A stretch of 64,000 nt of DNA from Phycisphaerae bacterium (GTDB taxonomy: Bacteria > Planctomycetota > Phycisphaerae > UBA1845 > PWPN01), in contig JAAXZI010000091.1 of the NCBI GenBank assembly GCA_012719955.1, positions 11,293 to 75,292 on the forward strand, in the 5' to 3' direction. How positions within the stretch are numbered: position 1 is the stretch's first letter; every line of letters starts with the position of its first letter. Below the pieces are notes generated by a model. The model saw nothing but the letters and a program-made list of their open reading frames with translations. It made no database searches and was not told the origin of the DNA. A program made the position numbers and the translations under genes. Shown piece by piece: positions 58,197 to 64,000 of the stretch.

Positions 58197-60827
58197 ATGG
58201 CCATGTCCCCGCTGACCACCGGTCTGCCCGCACTCGATGAGGTTTTTAAGGGCCTTCTTCCGGGCGACAATCTCGTCTGGCAAGTCGACTCCGTAGACAA
58301 CTACCGGCCGTTCGTGGAGCCCTTCTGCGAAGCGGCGCGCGAGGCCGGCAAGACGGTGGTGTACTTCCGCTTTGCCCGTCATGCGCCGCTGGTCTCGGCG
58401 GACTCGGGGGTGGAAGTCTACGAGCTGCACCCGGATGCCGGTTTCGAGCAGTTCATCAGCGAGATTCACAAGGTTCTGAGCACCACGCGAAATTACGGTG
58501 TTTACCTGTTCGATTGCCTGTCCGATTTGGCGGTGGACTGGTCCAGCGACCGGATGCTGGGGAATTTCTTCCGGCTGACCTGTCCCTACGTCTATGAGGT
58601 GGAGGCCCTGGCTTACTTCGCGGTGCTGAAAAACTGGCACTCGCCGCAGGCCACCACCACCATTGCCCAGACCACCCAGATTCTCGTAGACGTCTATCGC
58701 CAGGATGACCGCGTTTACATTCACCCCATCAAAGTCCAGCAGCGCCACTCCCCCACCATGTACATGCTGCACGCATGGGAGGGCGACGACTTTCGGCCGG
58801 TGACGGAAAGCGCCACGATCACGCGGATCCTGGCCTCGATTCCGTATTCGGGGTCGGGCGTTTCGCGGCCGCGGATCGGCGTGTGGTCGCGCGCCTTTCT
58901 TGAAGCCCAGGAGGCGGCGGAGCCGCGGGGGCGGAGCAGAATGTCCGGCTCCCAGCAGAAAGATGAGGTCCGACGCCTGCTGCGGATGATCCTCTCGCGC
59001 GACGCCCAGATGCTCAACCTGGCCGAGAAATACCTGCAGTTGTCGGACGTGCTCCAGATCTGGCGACGGACCATCGGCACGGGACTGATCGGCGGCAAGG
59101 CGGCGGGCATGCTGGTGGCCCGGGCAATTCTGCGCCGGGCGTCTGCGCGCTGGGAGACGCTGCTGGAGCCGCATGACTCGTTCCACATCGGCTCGGACGT
59201 CTTCTACACCTACCTGGTGCAGAACGGCTGCTGGTGGATTCGGGAGAAGCAAAAAAACCCGGCCACGTTTCTCAGCGAAGCGGAGGAGGGCCGGCGGCGG
59301 ATTCTAAGCGGCTCGTTTTCGGAAGAGACGCAGCGGGAATTCGCGGCCATGCTGGACTACTTCGGGCAGAGCCCGATCATCGTTCGCTCCAGCAGCCTGT
59401 TGGAAGACGCCTTCGGCAATTCGTTTGCCGGCAAGTACGAGAGCGTGTTCTGTGCCAACCAGGGCTCGCCCCAGAAGCGGCTGGACGATTTCATGTCCGC
59501 GGTGCGGACCGTCTACGCCAGCGCCATGAGTGAAAACGCGCTGCGTTATCGCGCCGCGCGCGGGCTGCTGGACCGGGACGAGCAGATGTCGCTGCTGGTG
59601 CAACGTGTGTCAGGGGCCATGTACGGAAGCCTGTTCTTCCCGCAGGTGGCCGGCGTGGGCCTGTCGTACAACCCCTACTCGTGGAACGAGCAGATCGACC
59701 CGCGTTCGGGCCTTCTGCGGATTGTTTTCGGGCTGGGGACGCGGGCGGTGGACCGGGCCGACGACGACTACACGCGGGTGGTGGCCCTCAACGCGCCGGA
59801 GTTGCGGCCGGAAGCGGGTCTGCAAGAGGTGCGCCGTTACGCCCAGCGGAAGGTAGATGCGCTCGATCTGGCCGGCAACCGCCTGGTGTCGCGGGATCTG
59901 CTGGACGTGATGGCCGAAGCGCCGCACCTGGACCTGTCCATGTTCGCCTCGCGCGATCCGGAGCTGGAACGGCTGGCCGCCGACCGGGGCCAGCGAGGCG
60001 TGTTCTCGTGGGTGTTGACCTTCGAGCGTCTGCTGTCGGCGACGCCGTTTGTCGCGGATCTTCGCGAGATGTTGTCGCTTCTCGAGGAGGCGTATGGCTG
60101 CCCGGTGGACACGGAGTTCACGGTGAACTTCTTTGAGAAGGAGGGTTACCGGATCAACCTGTTGCAGTGTCGTCCGCTGCAGGTGCAGGCGGAGGCACAG
60201 GCGGCGGTAGTGCCGGCGGACATTGCAGAGGAGGCCCGCCTGCTCGAAGCCAGCGGCGTGATGGTCGGGCAGAGCCGGGTGGCGCCGATCGACCGGCTGA
60301 TCTACGTGGTGCCGGGCGCCTACAGCGAGTTGCCGGTTCACGAGCGTTACTGCATTGCCCGACTGATCGGCCGGTTGATGCACCAGGACAAGGTCGACCG
60401 CCGCGTGGCGCTGTTGGGCCCCGGCCGCTGGGGGACCACGACGCCGGCACTGGGTGTCCCCGTTTCCTACGCCGAGATCTCCAAGGCGTGCGCGCTGGGC
60501 GAGATCGTGGCCATGCACGAAGGCCTGGTTCCGGACGTGTCGCTGGGAACCCACTTTTTCAATGAGCTGGTGGAAGCGAATGTGCTCTATTTTGCGCTGT
60601 TTCCCGGTCGGCCGGGAAACCGGCTCAACGAGGAGCTCCTGCAGAAGGCGCCGAACCGCTTGGAGGCCCTGCTGCCGCAGGCCGGCCAGTGGTCGCACGT
60701 TCTGCGCGTCCTGGAGGCGGCGGATCTGCCCGGCGACGGCAGGCTCATGGTCAATGCCAACAACGGGGAGCAGAAGGTCGTGTTTTACCTTCAGGACGAC
60801 CGGTCCCCCACCGCAGCCCCCTTGTGA
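58197..60827 (+). CDS. PEP/pyruvate-binding (PPDK_N, ATP-grasp) domain protein with an N-terminal KaiC/RecA-like domain lacking a P-loop
   Basis: The N-terminus TGLPALDEVFKGLLPGDNLVWQVDS resembles KaiC/RadA openings, but no GxxGxGKT follows. The middle region LIGGKAAGML..IVRSSSLLEDAFGNSFAGKYES is typical of the pyruvate phosphate dikinase N-terminal nucleotide-binding domain. No phosphohistidine swivel or PEP-utilising C-terminal domain was recognised. Confidence 0.65.
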   Translation: MAMSPLTTGLPALDEVFKGLLPGDNLVWQVDSVDNYRPFVEPFCEAAREAGKTVVYFRFARHAPLVSADSGVEVYELHPDAGFEQFISEIHKVLSTTRNYGVYLFDCLSDLAVDWSSDRMLGNFFRLTCPYVYEVEALAYFAVLKNWHSPQATTTIAQTTQILVDVYRQDDRVYIHPIKVQQRHSPTMYMLHAWEGDDFRPVTESATITRILASIPYSGSGVSRPRIGVWSRAFLEAQEAAEPRGRSRMSGSQQKDEVRRLLRMILSRDAQMLNLAEKYLQLSDVLQIWRRTIGTGLIGGKAAGMLVARAILRRASARWETLLEPHDSFHIGSDVFYTYLVQNGCWWIREKQKNPATFLSEAEEGRRRILSGSFSEETQREFAAMLDYFGQSPIIVRSSSLLEDAFGNSFAGKYESVFCANQGSPQKRLDDFMSAVRTVYASAMSENALRYRAARGLLDRDEQMSLLVQRVSGAMYGSLFFPQVAGVGLSYNPYSWNEQIDPRSGLLRIVFGLGTRAVDRADDDYTRVVALNAPELRPEAGLQEVRRYAQRKVDALDLAGNRLVSRDLLDVMAEAPHLDLSMFASRDPELERLAADRGQRGVFSWVLTFERLLSATPFVADLREMLSLLEEAYGCPVDTEFTVNFFEKEGYRINLLQCRPLQVQAEAQAAVVPADIAEEARLLEASGVMVGQSRVAPIDRLIYVVPGAYSELPVHERYCIARLIGRLMHQDKVDRRVALLGPGRWGTTTPALGVPVSYAEISKACALGEIVAMHEGLVPDVSLGTHFFNELVEANVLYFALFPGRPGNRLNEELLQKAPNRLEALLPQAGQWSHVLRVLEAADLPGDGRLMVNANNGEQKVVFYLQDDRSPTAAPL

Positions 60828-60860
60828 TGGCCCGAGAATGAAGATCGGTCGGCGGCGGGC

Positions 60861-61814
60861 CTACTGGCGTCGTGTTGATGAGGCAGCGAGGCCGTCCTGG
60901 TTTTCGCCCTTATTCTGCGGAGCGACGCCGTCCCCGTGGGTGGCTTCCAGAACGTCGATGAACTTGCGGATGATGGGCGTGAGCGTCTTGCGCTGCCGGT
61001 GGATGATCCCGATGGGGCGTTCGAGCTGATCATCGGCGATGGGTACGGCGGCGAGCACGTTGGTGGCCACTTCCCGCCGGATGGTGGGCGCCGGCAGCAC
61101 GCTGATGCCGGCGCCGATCTCGATGGCCTGCTTGATGGTTTCGATGTTGTCGAACTCCATCACCTTGCGCACAGTGACCTGGTGCTCGCGCAGGTGGCGG
61201 TCAAGCTCCTTACAGATGGCCAGGTCGCGGTCGAAGGCGATGAAGTTCTCGCCCTGCAGGTCCTTGATGCTGACCTCTTTGCGATCCGCGAGGTGGTGCT
61301 GAGGGTGGCAGACGAGCACCATCTGTTCGGAGCGCAGGGGTATGACCGCGATATCGCGGGTGGCGGTGGGATAGGACATGACGCCGAGATCCACCTCGCC
61401 GTTGAGCACCGATTCCACCACGCGTGCCGGCAACAAATATTGAAGCTTGACCCGCGCCTTGGGGTAGCGGCTCATGAAATCCTGCATGCAGGTTCGCATC
61501 TCGTGCAGGCCGATGGAATAGATGGCCGCCACCCGGACCATGCCGGCCACTTCCTCGCGAAGTGAGCGGATGTCCGCCTGGGTGGCCTCGTACCGGCTGA
61601 GCATGTCGGAGAAGCCGTTGTAGTAGATCTCTCCTTCGGGGGTGAGGATGAAGGGCCGCTTGGTACGATCCACCAGTTGCACGCCCAATTCCTTCTCGAG
61701 CTGCATGACGGCCTGACTGGCGGCGGACTGGGAGATGTTGTTCATCGCCGCGGCCTGGGAAAAACTGCGGCACCGCACCACGTCACAGAAGAGTTGCATG
61801 GCCGTAATGTTCAT
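60861..61814 (-). CDS. LysR family transcriptional regulator
   Basis: N-terminal HTH MQLFCDVVRCRSFSQAAAMNNISQSAASQAVMQLEKELGVQLVDR plus a LysR substrate-binding domain. It is divergent from gdhA. Confidence 0.9.
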   Translation of the reverse strand: MNITAMQLFCDVVRCRSFSQAAAMNNISQSAASQAVMQLEKELGVQLVDRTKRPFILTPEGEIYYNGFSDMLSRYEATQADIRSLREEVAGMVRVAAIYSIGLHEMRTCMQDFMSRYPKARVKLQYLLPARVVESVLNGEVDLGVMSYPTATRDIAVIPLRSEQMVLVCHPQHHLADRKEVSIKDLQGENFIAFDRDLAICKELDRHLREHQVTVRKVMEFDNIETIKQAIEIGAGISVLPAPTIRREVATNVLAAVPIADDQLERPIGIIHRQRKTLTPIIRKFIDVLEATHGDGVAPQNKGENQDGLAASSTRRQ

Positions 61815-61906
61815 GATTTGAGCACCTATCTGAACTAGCTCATGGCGATCATAAGCTGAACATTATGCTATTAGATCAATCACCCTAAAACATAGCTAAT
61901 GTTGCC

Positions 61907-61924
61907 AATAAGTCAATGCTTATT
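61907..61924. promoter_or_regulatory. Candidate LysR-type operator (AATAAG-N6-CTTATT)
   Basis: Perfect 6-bp inverted repeat in the AT-rich LysR/gdhA divergent spacer. A second, similar site ATAAGCTGAACATTAT lies at 61851-61866. Confidence 0.35.
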
Positions 61925-62019
61925 TTGATGGGATTCACAAGTTTTTGGTAATAAATAGCTTGCGTTAATAAAGGAGGTTGATTATACCATTCTAGATGAG
62001 CGAAGTGCCGAGCTGGTAG

Positions 62020-63393
<1,374 letters not shown>

Positions 63394-63451
63394 TCGCCAG
63401 GCCGGGCGTCTGACGGCCCGGATTCTCCTGGCCTCCGCACAATTTCTGATC

Positions 63452-63486
63452 GCCGTCATCCCTCGGGTATGACGGCGGTTTTTCTT
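63452..63486 (+). terminator. Rho-independent terminator after gdhA
   Basis: GCCGTCAT-CCCTCGGGT-ATGACGGC stem-loop followed by GGTTTTTCTT. Confidence 0.7.
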
Positions 63487-63661
63487 GCGCCGGGCCGGCG
63501 GTTGTCGTGCGCGAGTGCTGGAAGGCCGGATCGACGCATGTGGAGCGCCCGGCGGCCCCTTCTGTCCAGGGGCGTCCGACGTATAATCATGGGGCCGCCT
63601 CGACGCGCACAATTGCCGGACGGATGGTGCTGAAACCGGGGACAGGCAAAGGAGGAACAAC

Positions 63662-63961
63662 GTGCCCGTATGGCTATCCAACTGGTTGGCTCGCCACCGT
63701 CACCCCGTATCGCTGGCGCTGCACATCCTCGGCATTCCCCTGACGATTCTGGCGGTCATCCTGGCCGTGCTGCAGCTTGCTGAGTGGCGCTGGGACCTGT
63801 GGTACCGGCCTGTGGCGCTGTTGGCGGTGGGATATCTGCTCCAGTGGATTGGCCATGTGATCGAAGGCAACGACATGGGCGAGATCATCCTCTTCAAGAA
63901 ATGGCTGGGCCGGCCCTATACGGCCATCTCTCCGCGATACGCCACGAAGCGGGAGGAGTAA
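63662..63961 (+). CDS. DUF962 (Mpo1-like) small membrane protein
   Basis: GTG start. Contains HRHPVSLALHILGIPL and WIGHVIEGN, typical of the family. Confidence 0.6.
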   Translation: MPVWLSNWLARHRHPVSLALHILGIPLTILAVILAVLQLAEWRWDLWYRPVALLAVGYLLQWIGHVIEGNDMGEIILFKKWLGRPYTAISPRYATKREE

Positions 63962-64000
63962 CCCCCGTCAACGCCATTTCCAGTGGGAGCGTTCCCTAGT

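Overview
High-GC (roughly 63-65% by eye) bacterial chromosome segment. It is most likely Planctomycetota, judged from a YTV-type Cys-rich repeat protein, very large FtsX-type permeases and characteristic intergenic repeat words. The window is mainly core genome. It holds the replication-initiation cluster dnaA-dnaN-DUF721(DciA-like)-gyrB at 28.8-34.7 kb. It also holds isoprenoid genes (ispA-like, dxs), hemL, mutM, ugd, gdhA, an LptF/LptG permease pair, an ABC ATPase with a two-FtsX-domain permease, a sigma-70 family factor and one tRNA-Lys(CUU). A small carbohydrate block at 51-57.7 kb contains a DUF4432-like epimerase fold, a GH78 rhamnosidase and a Tat-signal protein. I found no rRNA, no CRISPR array, no transposase or integrase, and no recognisable defence operon. 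The less ordinary content is: (1) at least four families of short intergenic repeats, almost all sitting just 3' of genes, one of which forms a 195-bp MITE-like unit with perfect 23-24-bp terminal inverted repeats; (2) a ThiF/MoeB-type E1, cysteine desulfurase and JAMM peptidase gene string with no visible ubiquitin-like sulfur carrier; (3) a membrane module and an alpha/beta-hydrolase domain separated only by one in-frame TGA; (4) a 1.19-kb apparently non-coding gap upstream of the YTV gene; (5) a lower-GC islet carrying a DUF3800-like gene next to tRNA-like fragments; (6) unusual domain fusions, namely REC plus XRE-HTH and a P-loop-less KaiC-like domain plus a PEP/pyruvate-binding domain. 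None of these is demonstrably a new system from sequence alone. All family assignments come from motif recognition by eye without database searches, and start codons were chosen manually from ATG/GTG/TTG plus Shine-Dalgarno context.
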